64,000 nt of DNA. It comes from Phoronis australis. Its lineage: Eukaryota > Animalia > Phoronida. Both the position numbers and the translations under genes were made by a program. The notes under the pieces are model-generated. The model did not search any database. It was not told the origin of the DNA and saw nothing but the letters and a program-made list of their open reading frames with translations. The DNA is taken from NCBI GenBank assembly GCA_002633005.1, contig NMRA01000395.1, forward strand, positions 230,994 to 294,993. The letters are read 5' to 3'. Shown in pieces: positions 26,701 through 38,700 of this stretch. Every line of letters begins with the position of its first letter. Within the stretch, counting starts at the first letter, position 1.

Positions 26701-29700
26701 CAGTGATGACTGTGAAGAGTGGGTGGGATGTTCAACCTGTTGTGTCACAAGTTAAAAAAACGCGTAAGTGGTTAAAGTACAGTTAGTCATGTAGGAGGTG
26801 CACCAGTGCTGAAACCTGGTGCTGTGTTTTGTTACTTGAATGACTTCAGTCATAATAAGGTATATCTCTAAATTCACAGAGGGACTAATCCTTGCTGAGT
26901 AATATTACTTAAGCTCGAAATTATGTGAGGATTTTCAAACTTGGCCGATTCCATTCGAGCTTGGGCCAAGGTTATTCAAGTTTTTGAGCCTACTTTGTTC
27001 AAGGTACATGTGCATGTGGTCTTTTCTCTTATCAGAATATTGTGAATTGATGATGCACAGAAAATTTGGAGTTACTGACTTTGCTTGTTGTATTTACAGA
27101 TAAGAGTCCTCAGTCATTTTTATGGGTCAATTTTTCTTTTCACTTTCAAGGAATTTGCCTGCAACGACTTAAACATGATTTAGCTCAGTCACTGGAAATG
27201 TGAATGTTGCTGAATTTTATGATACTCATTCATAAATTTACGTTATCTGGTGGCATTTGTTTTCAGTTTTGGCTGGTGTCACTGGTATTCATGTTTCTCG
27301 CAAGGAGTCCACTAGTTTGACAATCACATGGAACCATGCCAGAGGCAGTAAGGAGAACTATGTGGTGGAGTGTAGTGGTGTAGCAAATTCTCTCTCAGAG
27401 ACACCTGTTGGCGCAAGACAGACTGTTGATGGAACTGTCAATAGTACTACATGTAGCCCGTTGACTCCAGGGTCAAAGTATTCTGTTACGATCACTACTA
27501 TAAAGAATGGTTGGAGTAATGTTAGTGCAAATCTGTCAACTGACAGTGCAAAAACTGGTGAGTTGCCAGATTGTGTTCAGACACAAATTTTCGTTTGAAT
27601 ATTCTCACGTGTAAGAAGTTCTAGGTGTTGCTTCCTAAATGTTGTGAAATGTAACCCTTTTCTGTTTTCATCCAACTGTATTCAAATTCATTGTGTTTTA
27701 TTGGTAAAACAACATTTTCATTGTCATTGAGGTCTGTCAAAAGAAAGACAGCACCAGGTCCTGTCCTCATGACTGCTGCAATGAATTTGAGGTATATCAC
27801 TGCGTCCTTTATTGGTCGATGTCAGAATAACAAATTTTGTGGGTATGGATGAGGATGGTATAAAAAATAATGAATCCCATTTTCTGTCATTTTCTTAACA
27901 TATTGGTAAGAGAATTTTATAATCAATGAAGAATTTTTAATTATTAAATGAATAAGAAGCAACCTGGAGAAACTGGTTAATCATAGATTTTTCCTGACAA
28001 CATCCTAGGGTGGGTGTGTTGGGGGGGAGGGTGTGTGTGCGTGTGTGTGTTTGTGCATGAGTTTGTATGCATGCTTATATGTATCAGCTGTTATTATGCT
28101 TATTGTATTACTGTACTCGCCCGGGTTTATTCCTAGAGTGCTTAATTTTGAGAATTTCAATATTGAGTTGATAAGACAAGCATGTACATTTAAAAGCAAC
28201 ATTTTGAGAAGGCTCGATAAACGATTACCTGAATGTTTGTTTTTTCATCTAAATGCCTAATATACTTTTTAAACTGTTTTAGTACGCATGAGTCAAAAGA
28301 ACATTAGCATGTATCCTTCAGTAAAAATTGTGCAGTTTCCTAGCAGAGTTTTCTCTCAAACTGACCATTTCTTAACCAAAGTGTAGCTGTTGCACACAGT
28401 TTGGGAGCAAAAATTCTCAAGAGATGGGCAGTTGCAAAAATATAGGAAGTCTTGATGTTGTGAAATGGAGGCGAGTGTTTGGCGAAGCGTGGGCGATGCC
28501 TGGATGATTACAGTATTGACATCTAAAGTTATTATTACAGATTTGGCTGCTGCCACTGAGCTGAGTGTCGCAAAGAGGAATGCCACTAGTTTGTCAGTGA
28601 CATGGACTCATGCCATTGGAAGTAAAGAGAAGTATGTGTTGGTGTGTACAGCGTCTCCAGATAGGGAACTCGAAACACCACTGAGCGGAACTATGCAAGT
28701 TGATGGAAATATCAATTATGCAACATGTGCATCTCTGTCCCCAGGGTCTAGTTACATTGTTTCAGTAACTACATTGAAGTTGGGATGGAGCAACGTAACT
28801 AGCAGCAGTCTACGGAATAACAGTACTAAAACAAGTACGTTTTCTTTGTCTGTCATCATTCACTATGTCCTATGACTTTGTTCTAAAACTTAAATTTTCA
28901 AAACGTCTCATGCTCTGAATTTCAAGCTAAATTGGTTTTGATTTCATACCGTGAAGTGGTTAGCCTAACTAGAGCTGATAGTAAAACGTTTAGCAATTCT
29001 CTGAGTCTGGGATTTAACTTTCACTTTAGCTACTCAATCATTGTATGCACCCGAGTGGAAAACTGACATGAAAACATGCTTCAGAGACTGGTAAAAAGAC
29101 GGGAATTGACGAAAGAATTGGAGTCAGACCTCCCAAGATGAGCTGTAGTTACTGCAGTTAGGCTTCATTGAATTGATAGTCAGTTTGGCACAAACAAATC
29201 ATAGTTGCAAAATGACAAACTTAAGAAAAACTTGTAAATTAAACATATTATACAAGTAATACTAATTAAAATAATATAAAGCAATAGATATACTCTGAAT
29301 GTGTTTGGAGCCATTGGAAAAAATAACTAGCATTATTACCCTGATATTGTAATGAGAGGTTGTGATGCGGTAACATCCTTTCTAAAATCTATTGGTCTAT
29401 TTACAACAGCCTCTAGCCTATTTACATGGGCAAGAAGTTACTGTTTGGTCATTTCTTCAGCCATCTTCAGGTGTTACAGCATTCTTAGAAGAACGAGCAT
29501 GAGTGTACCCATGAGTGTATGGTACGCTCATGGGTGTATGGTACGCTCATGGGTGTATGGTACGCTCATGGGTGTATGTTACGCTCATGGGTGTATGGTA
29601 CACTCATGGGTGTATGGTACATTCATGAGTGTATGGTACACTCATGGAGGTCAATGCTGAGCACTTTTTTCTTTTATCTTGGCGGAAGCTGGGGTTCTTT

Positions 29701-32700
29701 CATCATTCCCAGCTTCTGTCAAGAAAAATGTGATTGTCATTGACCACCATGAATGTACCATACTCTGATGCTTGTTCTTCTAATAACACTGTGACACATG
29801 AAGATGGCTGAAGAAATGGCCAACCGTAACTTTTTGACAATGTTTATAGGCTAGAAAATAATGCAATTTATTACAAGTAGGCATTGTGACAACTTACATA
29901 AAACTTGAAATTTGACGTTATGGTAGTCATTTTTTGCAAAGTGTTTCAAGAAGCACGGTTAATCAGATTAACATTTGACTGTTGTTGAGATTCAGAAAAA
30001 CTTCTCCATCGAGCTATAGTCTTTTCGTTATTGTCCAAAACTTATGTAATTGTCTCTTGAAACTATAATCACCATTCAATAATTATTGTTATCTGCAATA
30101 AGATGTGACAGTCATACAGAGACCTTGAATGCGATAAACAGAAGATTGCATTATGTTGAAAATGGTTCTCTGACACTGAAACAGAATTCAACCTGCTTAT
30201 CAGGTATTTTAGGGTTTATTTGTAAAGATCTTTAAATTCTGTTGTATAAAAACATTTTCTTTTAGTTTCAAATTTCAAAAAACGTTATGTCAAATGGTCG
30301 CCACTTTGTCGATTTTTCTCCCATAAGACAAAGCACGTCTCCTTAATGGCAAGACATCTGTAGTTCATTAATTTTCCCTTATATGAAGAATGTGACCTTT
30401 GATCTGAAGCGACTGAGCGCATGCACACATTTATCATAAGTGGCAGGGAGATCAGAAACTCTATGCTAATCACAGAGTCTTTCTTTTGCGCGTATTTCAA
30501 AAATCGTGAATTTTGTTATTTTTCTGGAAATTTCCTCACAGGTGAATTTTTCTGTACTAGACATTGTGAGATGGTACTTTCATCAGGAAATGTTTAAAAG
30601 TTATTTTCTACAAGCTTTCGTGTTCCATGCGTCTTTAAACAGAAGGCTAAGTCCTGTAGCAAATGAAATTCTTTTTCTAATTCGACATAAATACCACAAA
30701 TGTATGATTGTATGTACATTGGCACCCAACGATTAAATCAACAAGGCATTATGGACGACAACAAAACGGCCTAACCAACATGCTCAACTGTGTTGTGGCA
30801 TGACATGACAAAATTAACTAAAACAAAGGCAATAATAATAAGAGCATGCACTCTTTTCAAAAATTACCCAATATGGGCATGTCCAAGAGGCCTATGTTAT
30901 CAAACTAATATCTTTTAGCAAAACATGTTGTTATTAAATTTTGGTCTTCAGTAGAGTAGGGTTCCCAAGGGATATCCTTAGTGTCTGTGGAACGCAGTCC
31001 ACAGTGGAACTGATGAAGGAGGTCAGCACGCTTGTGAGTGCCCAGAAACTGTATACGGCCCCTTACAATCCATGCTGAAACGTTCTTTATGAAAGAATTA
31101 GTGGTGTACTTAAAGCCATGCTGAAGAAGATGTGTCAAGAAAGACCCAAGGGACCAGGACCGGTATCTGCTAGTTGTCCTGTTTGCTTATTGAGAAGTCT
31201 CCCAATCAAGCACAGGATTTTTTTTCTTTCAGTTGCTACATGGCAGGTCCTTAAGAGGTTCGATGCAAATCCGGAGCAAACTCTGGACTGGGAAATACAA
31301 CAACGAAGACCGAAATACTTAACAATATGTATTCAAGCTTGGGAACTGCTTAGAGGAGACCTGCGTCTTGGCTAGAAAAGGCTTGTATAATGCGCAAGGT
31401 ATTCACAAGCATTGCTCCAACAAGAGGACCAGACAGTTTCAAGTGGGACTAAGAGTTTTGGTATTACGTCCCACAGACCACAATAAGCTTACCCCTGCTG
31501 TGGAAGAGGCCAATTACAAGTTAGAGAAGCAGTCAACCATATTGACTACAGAACTGACATGAACGGCAAGATTAAAATCTTCCATGCCTATCTGCTGAAG
31601 GCTTATCACGAACGCGAGGCTGACAACATAGTAGACAAAAATGAAGCGATCAGAGTGGTGTTAATTGAAGAATGTGTGATTGATGAAGAGACCCTTCTTG
31701 ATGAAGGGGGTTTAGAGCTTTGGCCAGAGGTTCACATTGAAACATACAAGGATGTTAAGCTGTGCGATTGCTTGATGTCAGACCATCGTGAACAGGCACT
31801 ACTGCTCCCACCTGACTACCTAGTAGCTTCACTAATAAGCCTGGAGAGACCAAGTTGATGACAGAACAACAAGTGAGAGTGAAACCACGTCAGATGCCAT
31901 ACACTACTCAGGACTTAGTGAAGAAGGAAGTGCAGGAAATGTTAGAGATGAACATCATTGAGCCTTCCACTTTAGCTTACAGCTCTCCTGTAGTGTTGGT
32001 GGCTAAAAAGGACGGCTCCTCACTTTTCTGTACTGATTACCATTGGCTAAATGCAGTGACCGAATTTGACAACGAGCCCATGGGTAACCCTGAAGCTATT
32101 ATGGCATATCTGCTTAGTCAATGTTTCTTCTCAAAGTTCGACTTCACGAAAGGCTACTGGCAAAATTCTCATGGATGAGGCGAGTAAAGAGAAAACCGCA
32201 TTTGTGACTCCAGGAGGTTGTTACCAGTTCCACAGAATGCCATTTGGTTTGGTGAACTCTTCGGCCACGTTCAACAGGATGATTATAAGAATGCTAGCAG
32301 GCTCAGATAATATCGAGCAGTATGTAGACAATGTGCTACTCCACACTGTCACCTGGAAAGAGCATCTCCATACACTGAGGGACTTGTTTCTGGGAGTGAA
32401 ACAGCAGGCTTGACAGTAAAACTGGTGATGTGCAGCATTGGATATGAGGAGGTGGAGTTCCTTGGACATCAGATTGGGACGAACCAGATAGCTATGGATG
32501 ACCAAAGCTAATGAGGATTCAGGACACACCAACGCCTTCTACCAAGACTGAAGTACGGTCATTCTTAGGCTGTACAGGGTATGACCAAAAGTTTGTGCCT
32601 AACTATGCACAGAGAGCCATGCCGTTGACCGATTTAATGAAGAAGGGTTAGCCGAAGAATGTAGTGTGGACTGATATTCATGAACAGGCATTCAAGAAGC

Positions 32701-35700
32701 CAAAGCAAGCACTTGGAAGTATTCCAATCCTATGAGTACCAGACTTCACCCAGAGATTCATTGTCAGGATAGACGCATCAAACGATGGTTTACTAGCAGT
32801 CTTACTGCAAGAGTTTGATGATGGGACATTCCCTATTGCGTACGCCAGCCGGAAGCTTAAAGAGAGTGGCATTACTTCACAAAGGAGAAGGAGTGTTTGG
32901 CTATAGTGTTCCCATTAAATGCTTCCAGTTTTATCTGTACGGGACGGACCCCAAACCATTGGTATATAGTGTTCCCGTTAAATGCTTCCAGTTTTATCTG
33001 TACGGGACAGACCCCAAACCATTGGTATATAGTGTTCCCGTTAAATGCTTCCAGTTTTATCTGTACGGGACAGACCCCAAACCATTGGTTTATAGTGTTC
33101 CCGTTAAATGCTTCCAGTTTTATCTGTACGGGACAGACCCCAAACCATTGGTTTATATTCAGCGCTGTAAGATTGAAAGCCCCAGAGTTATGCGATGGGC
33201 TATAGTGATGCAGAATTGTAAATTCCATGTGGAGGATATCCCGGGAAAATCTAACATTGGTGCAGTCTACTTATGTCGACTAGCAGATCCTGCAATTCAT
33301 GTACCACTTAAGAGAAGGACACAGAAGCAGAAGATTTTATATCTGTGCCAGATGATTATGAGTTAGAAAATTAGAGAATAATTTTCTCTTTGACAGGGGT
33401 GTGTTGTCGTGTGTTGAGGTCAGTACAGTGATGATGTTACTTGTTTACCAAAGAATAGTGTGGAGCATTCTAGAAGATTCTAACACTTTTAAAGTCAGTT
33501 AAAGTTAGTTACAAGAGAGTTACAGTTGAGTTGCAGTCAAGGCTTTGCAGCACTGGGTGGAGCATAGAACAGACATTACGTCAGACGTTTTGTTCGACTA
33601 TGCTTGTGAGCGTACAGTCGAGATTAATAAAGTGATTAACTCGAACCAGTCTGCAGTCTTTTGTTGCACCGAAAGTTATTAGCACCAGTCGGTAACCACC
33701 TGTGCACACCCACACGTTGGGGAAAACGTCACAATTATTTATCAACCAAAATTTTGAGAAATGTTAATGGTGGGTAAAGCGGACTGTGTCTGATCGTGGG
33801 TACACTGAAACTACCTAAACTTGGTCATTCACCTTTCAAATTCATCATTTTCCAGTTTAGGAAAGTATGAGAACAAGCCAGATAATCAATTGTAGTACAA
33901 ACAATTTACAAGATCGAAAAAAAATTTTTTTTAAACATATTGAGTAAATACTATGAGTATTTTGGCCTAGATCAAGTCAGTAAATATGTTTTGTACATAA
34001 ATTATTAACCAAAGCCTTGGCAAGAGCAATACAATGTGACAGCAATGTATTTATAACAGTCCGTTCATCACTGGATGCTAATCAATGTATTTCTAACAGT
34101 CCGTTCATCACTGGATGCTAATCAATGTATTTCTAACAGTCCGTTCATCACTGGATGCTAATCAATGTATTTCTAACAGTCCGTTCATCACTGGATGCTA
34201 ATCAATGTATTTCTAACTGTCCGTTCATCACTGGATGCTAGTATAGTGAGTCGTGTTATTTTATCACCCTTTCAGTGCTGGGTCAAGTGCAGACTGTAAC
34301 TGTGTCTGATCCTACGACCACAAGTGTGACCGTGACATGGAGTAAGGCTGCTGGATTCAAAGATCACTACATCCTCACGTGTTTCAGTTCAGGCTCTGAA
34401 ACACACACTGCCACATTACCAAACAATGCAACATTTGCGCAGTGCACAAGCCTGACACCTGGTGCCATATATAACATTACTGTTACTACTAAGAAACATG
34501 GCTACGATAATGTAGTGTCTGATGTTACCGAGGAATCACTTTGTAAGTAAAGTCTTTGACCCTGGGTGTTTTGAAGGGGAGAGCTGTAAAAGTTTAATTT
34601 CAGGCGACTGTGATGGTTAATCCTTACATATTTATTTTTTTCACTACACTGAGGTTGTTGTATGTTTTGTTGTATGTTATTTGTTATTCAGCCACATGTA
34701 CGTAGTGGGTGCATAGTGACTGTGCACCTGTTGTACACCCTCATACAGAAGCATCATGAAAGTTGGCATTTGTTAAGCTGACCACAGATGGCGGTGACTT
34801 GTAGACTAATCAAACTGCGGTTGTGCTTTCTGTTGACTTTTGGTTTTTTATGCATGCCTCTGTATCTGCCCAGATCCTTGGCCTTGATAGATTTTGCGAA
34901 ATTTGGCAAATCTGTTCCTGTTAGATGATAATGAAAGACAGCTTCAAAATTTTGGGCAGATTATCTACATCTCCAGGTGGCCACTTTCATTAGGTTTTGA
35001 GTTTTTGCAGTCCTTCTCTCTCTATTGGGGAAACCACCTGAAGGATAATTTGGTAGAGTAATTTTGTATGGAGCAGAGAACAAGCAACATTGATTTTCAA
35101 ACAGGTCAGAATATTGTGCTGCCCCTAGTGGTCACTCTTCTGTTGTCTGTAGTGTACCTCAATATCTGCTAAGTAAGGTCCTTGATGGATCGTCCAGAAA
35201 TTTGGTTTATATGTCCCTATGAGGGTCAGTTCATCTGACGCTGATTTCAGGATGAGTCTGAATAGTGCCAATTTAGGTTTAATGTTATTCTTTAAATAAT
35301 AAATCTTCATAAAATTTGTTTGATAACTGTGGAAAGAAAGATGACTGTGCCTGCCAGTTTTAGAAAGATTTAACCTCCTCTCCATCCCCTAGCAGCCATT
35401 TTTATGATGTTTTTGGCATGTGCCTCCCAAACCACTTGAAGATTCATTAAAGTTTTTAGGTAGGTTTTGTCTGGAGTTGAGGAGACTGCCATGTTGCCCA
35501 CATTAATTTTCGGACAGATTGTTGTGGCTTTCTTTGCAAGAAATTTTGGTTTACTTTGTTTGACTTATGCTTTAATATCTGTCAAAGTATTTGGTGGATC
35601 TTCATGAAAGTTGGCGTATGTGATCGTATTGAGGTTTTTTCCAGCTGTGGTTGGTTTTTGGGACAGTTCATATGTCTTTGGCTCATGATAGTGTTGGTTT

Positions 35701-38700
35701 TTTATGCCTGTGTCGATACCTCTTTAATGGGTCTTCACGAAGAGACAGCATGGCAGATATGGTTACTGTTGTGCTTCCTTGTAACAATGCAGGTTTCTGA
35801 AAGTTAGCATTTTTCTCATTAATAATCTACTGAAATTCTGTGTTGTTTTCAAGTTTTCAAGAACTTTGATGTATGTGTTTGTATTGGGAAAAGTCTGGTT
35901 GGTGTTGATTTTTGGACTGTTGTGCCCCCTAGTGGCAAATTGACGTTGCATCTGCCTTAATACCTACCAATTGAAAGTTCTTTCAATTGATGAATCTTCA
36001 TGAAATGAGATCTATGTGTTCCTAATGAGAGGACCACAACTTGTGTTGATTTTTAAATGAATTCTGCTATCGCCAATCATTTCTTATATCTTTGCCATTT
36101 GCCATGCTTTTATTACCCTTCCCATTTGAGTACAAAATCATACTTTGAATAAACGTTTGTTTCAATGTCATATTTCAGCTACTGACAAAACCGGATATAC
36201 TCAAACATTACTATTAGGTAGTAGTTGCAGTTTTGACTTCTAGTATTCTTGTCTCCATTTTTATGCGCCCACATATTTATGTACGGACGCGTTATGCCAT
36301 CATCTCTGTCCGGCGTCCGTTCAGCGTCCGTCCGGCGTCCGCTGCTCTATCTCCAAAACCTTTGACATTAATGTTCATGAAATTTTGCATATGATATGAT
36401 GTTGACACCAGACAACAACTAGTTTCGGACGGATCTAACTACTGGTGTGGCCCCTAGTGGTAATTTTAGTTTTTTTTACATTTACCTCTGTATCTCCAAA
36501 GTTCTTCAATGGATTTTCATGAAATTTGGAATATAGGTATCTATTGGTGAGATGACGCTATCCTCCCATTTCCAAATAGAATCGGGATATTTTGTTTCAA
36601 ATGGTGGCCATTTTTATTGTTTTCGAGTCTGTTTTTTCGCGTCCATCCCTTTATCAACCAAACCGTTCTCAGGATGATTTTGAAAATTGGCGATGTTCTC
36701 AGTGTGAAGGGTACGATTGTTGATGACAGCATTGAGTACTATAGCGCCTTCTAGTGGTAGCTTTGTTATGCGGCCACATATTTATATGTGGATGCATTAT
36801 TTCGTCATCTCTGTCCGTCCGTCTAGTGTCCGTCCGGCATCCGCTGCTCTATCTCGAAAACCAATTGACATATGTTCATTAAATTTTGCATATGTTCCTT
36901 TCATGGATGCGACGGCATGAGCAAACATTCAGACGGATACGACTACCTGTGTGCCCCCTAGTGGCAATTTTAATTTTTTACGTTTACCTCTGTGTCTTCA
37001 AAGGTCCTCAACATATTTTCATAAAATTTATTACATAGGCATCTATTAGTCAGACAATGGTATCCTCCTGTTTTCAGATGGATTCGACGTAGTTTGCTCT
37101 ACCTAGTGGCAATTTTTTACTGTTTTCGAGTCTGTTTTTTAGCGTCCACCCCTTTATCAACCAAACCGCTCTAAGCATAATTGGCATGTAGGTATGTTCT
37201 TACTATGAAGAAGACGGTTGACGTTGATTTTCCTACGACTTTGAATACTGTGGCGCCTCCTAGTGCCAGTTTTGTTTGTTTGCGCCTATGGCTATATGTC
37301 CTAAACTGTTTGCAGGATCTTCACTAATTTAGTTGGTGCATTTATATGATGTTGACAACGGACGACGATGACTTTCAAACAGATCTGACTACTGGTGTGC
37401 CACCTAGTGTCAATTTTATTTTTTTATGTTTAATTCAGTCTGTATTTCTAAAGGTCCATAAGGTATTTTCTTAAATTTGACATACAGACTTTTGTTAGTG
37501 AGGTGATGCTATCGTTTTGTTTTCAGATGGATTCGTTCTAGTTTGCGCCACATAGTGGCCATCATTACTGTTTTCGAGTCTGTTTTTTGGCGTCCACCCC
37601 TCTATCAACCAAACCACTTTCAGGATAATTGTGAAAATTGGCATGTATGTTTTTACTGTGAAGTGGATGGCTGACGACTACTGTGGCGTCTCCTAGTGGC
37701 AGTCTCATTTTTTGCACCTGTGATTGTATCTCTTAAACCATTTGCAGGATCTTTACTAAATTTTTTTACTGTGTTTATATGATGTTGACAATGTACGGCG
37801 ACTTCCGGATGGATCTGACTTCTAGTGTGCCATCTGGTGGCAATTTTAGTTTTACGTTAAATTTACCTTAGTATCTTCAAAAGTTCTCAACGGATTTTCA
37901 TAAAGTTTTGAATATGGGCATCTATTGGTGAGATGACGCTATCCTCCCATTTTCGGATGGAATCAAGGACTGGTATTTTGCATTGCCTAGTGGCCATTAT
38001 TGCTGTTTTCGAGTCTGTTTTTTGGCGTCTACCCTCCTATCAACCAAATCATTCTAAGGATGGTTTTGAAAATTGTCGTATATGTTCTCAGTGTGAAAAG
38101 GGTGGTTGACAATGACGACTTTGAATAATGTTGCGCCTCCTATTGGTAGTTTTGTTTTGTTATATGCCCATAGCTGTATCTCCTAAGCCCACTCACTACA
38201 AGATCTTTATTAAATTTAGTAATTGTATTGATATGAAGCTAACAACAGACAATGACGACTTTCAGGCGGATCCAATGAACACTCAGTGCCCCTAGTGGCA
38301 ATTTCTTTTTATTCTGTTTTCTGAAGTTCCGTGACGGAGTTCTATGAAATTTGGTGAATAGCTTCCTATTAAGGAAGCAATGACTTTTTTCGTTTTCGGA
38401 TGGATTGTACAGTTTTGCACCATCTAGTGGCTATTTTTATGACACAAATAAACAACCCTAAAAGCACACAATTTTCGATGCATTTGTGGGCGCATTTCAA
38501 AGCTCTTCGTTGCTCTTGTTTTGTTTTGTTTTTGCGCCTATAGCTGTGTCTCTGAAGCCCACTGCGGGATCTTTGTTAGCTTTAGTAAGTGTATTTATAT
38601 GAACTAACAACAGACAATGACATTCAGACAAATCCAATGAACGTTTTCGAATGGATTCGATGTAGTTTGCACCACTTAGAGGCCATTTTTACTGTTTTCG

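Larger units (their letters stand above)
24897..28183 (+). repeat. ~1-kb direct repeat pair (24897-25913 and 27161-28183), each containing an FN3 exon
   Basis: Exon and flanking intron nearly identical; offset 2264 bp at the exon. Confidence 0.95.
30944..33733 (+). mobile_element. Decayed 5'-truncated Ty3/Gypsy LTR retrotransposon, Gmr1-like (INT-RT-RNaseH order)
   Basis: Integrase remnants (FSRVGFPRDILS, ERISGVLKAMLKKMCQERPK, KIFHAYLLKAY) at ~30944-31610; RT (YSSPVVLVAKKDGS..FCTDY..LN, FSKFDFTKGYWQ, MPFGLVNS, YVDN) at ~31855-32500; RNase H (DAS, PIAYASRKL, EKECLAI, RVMRW) to ~33282; many frameshifts and stops. Confidence 0.9.
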
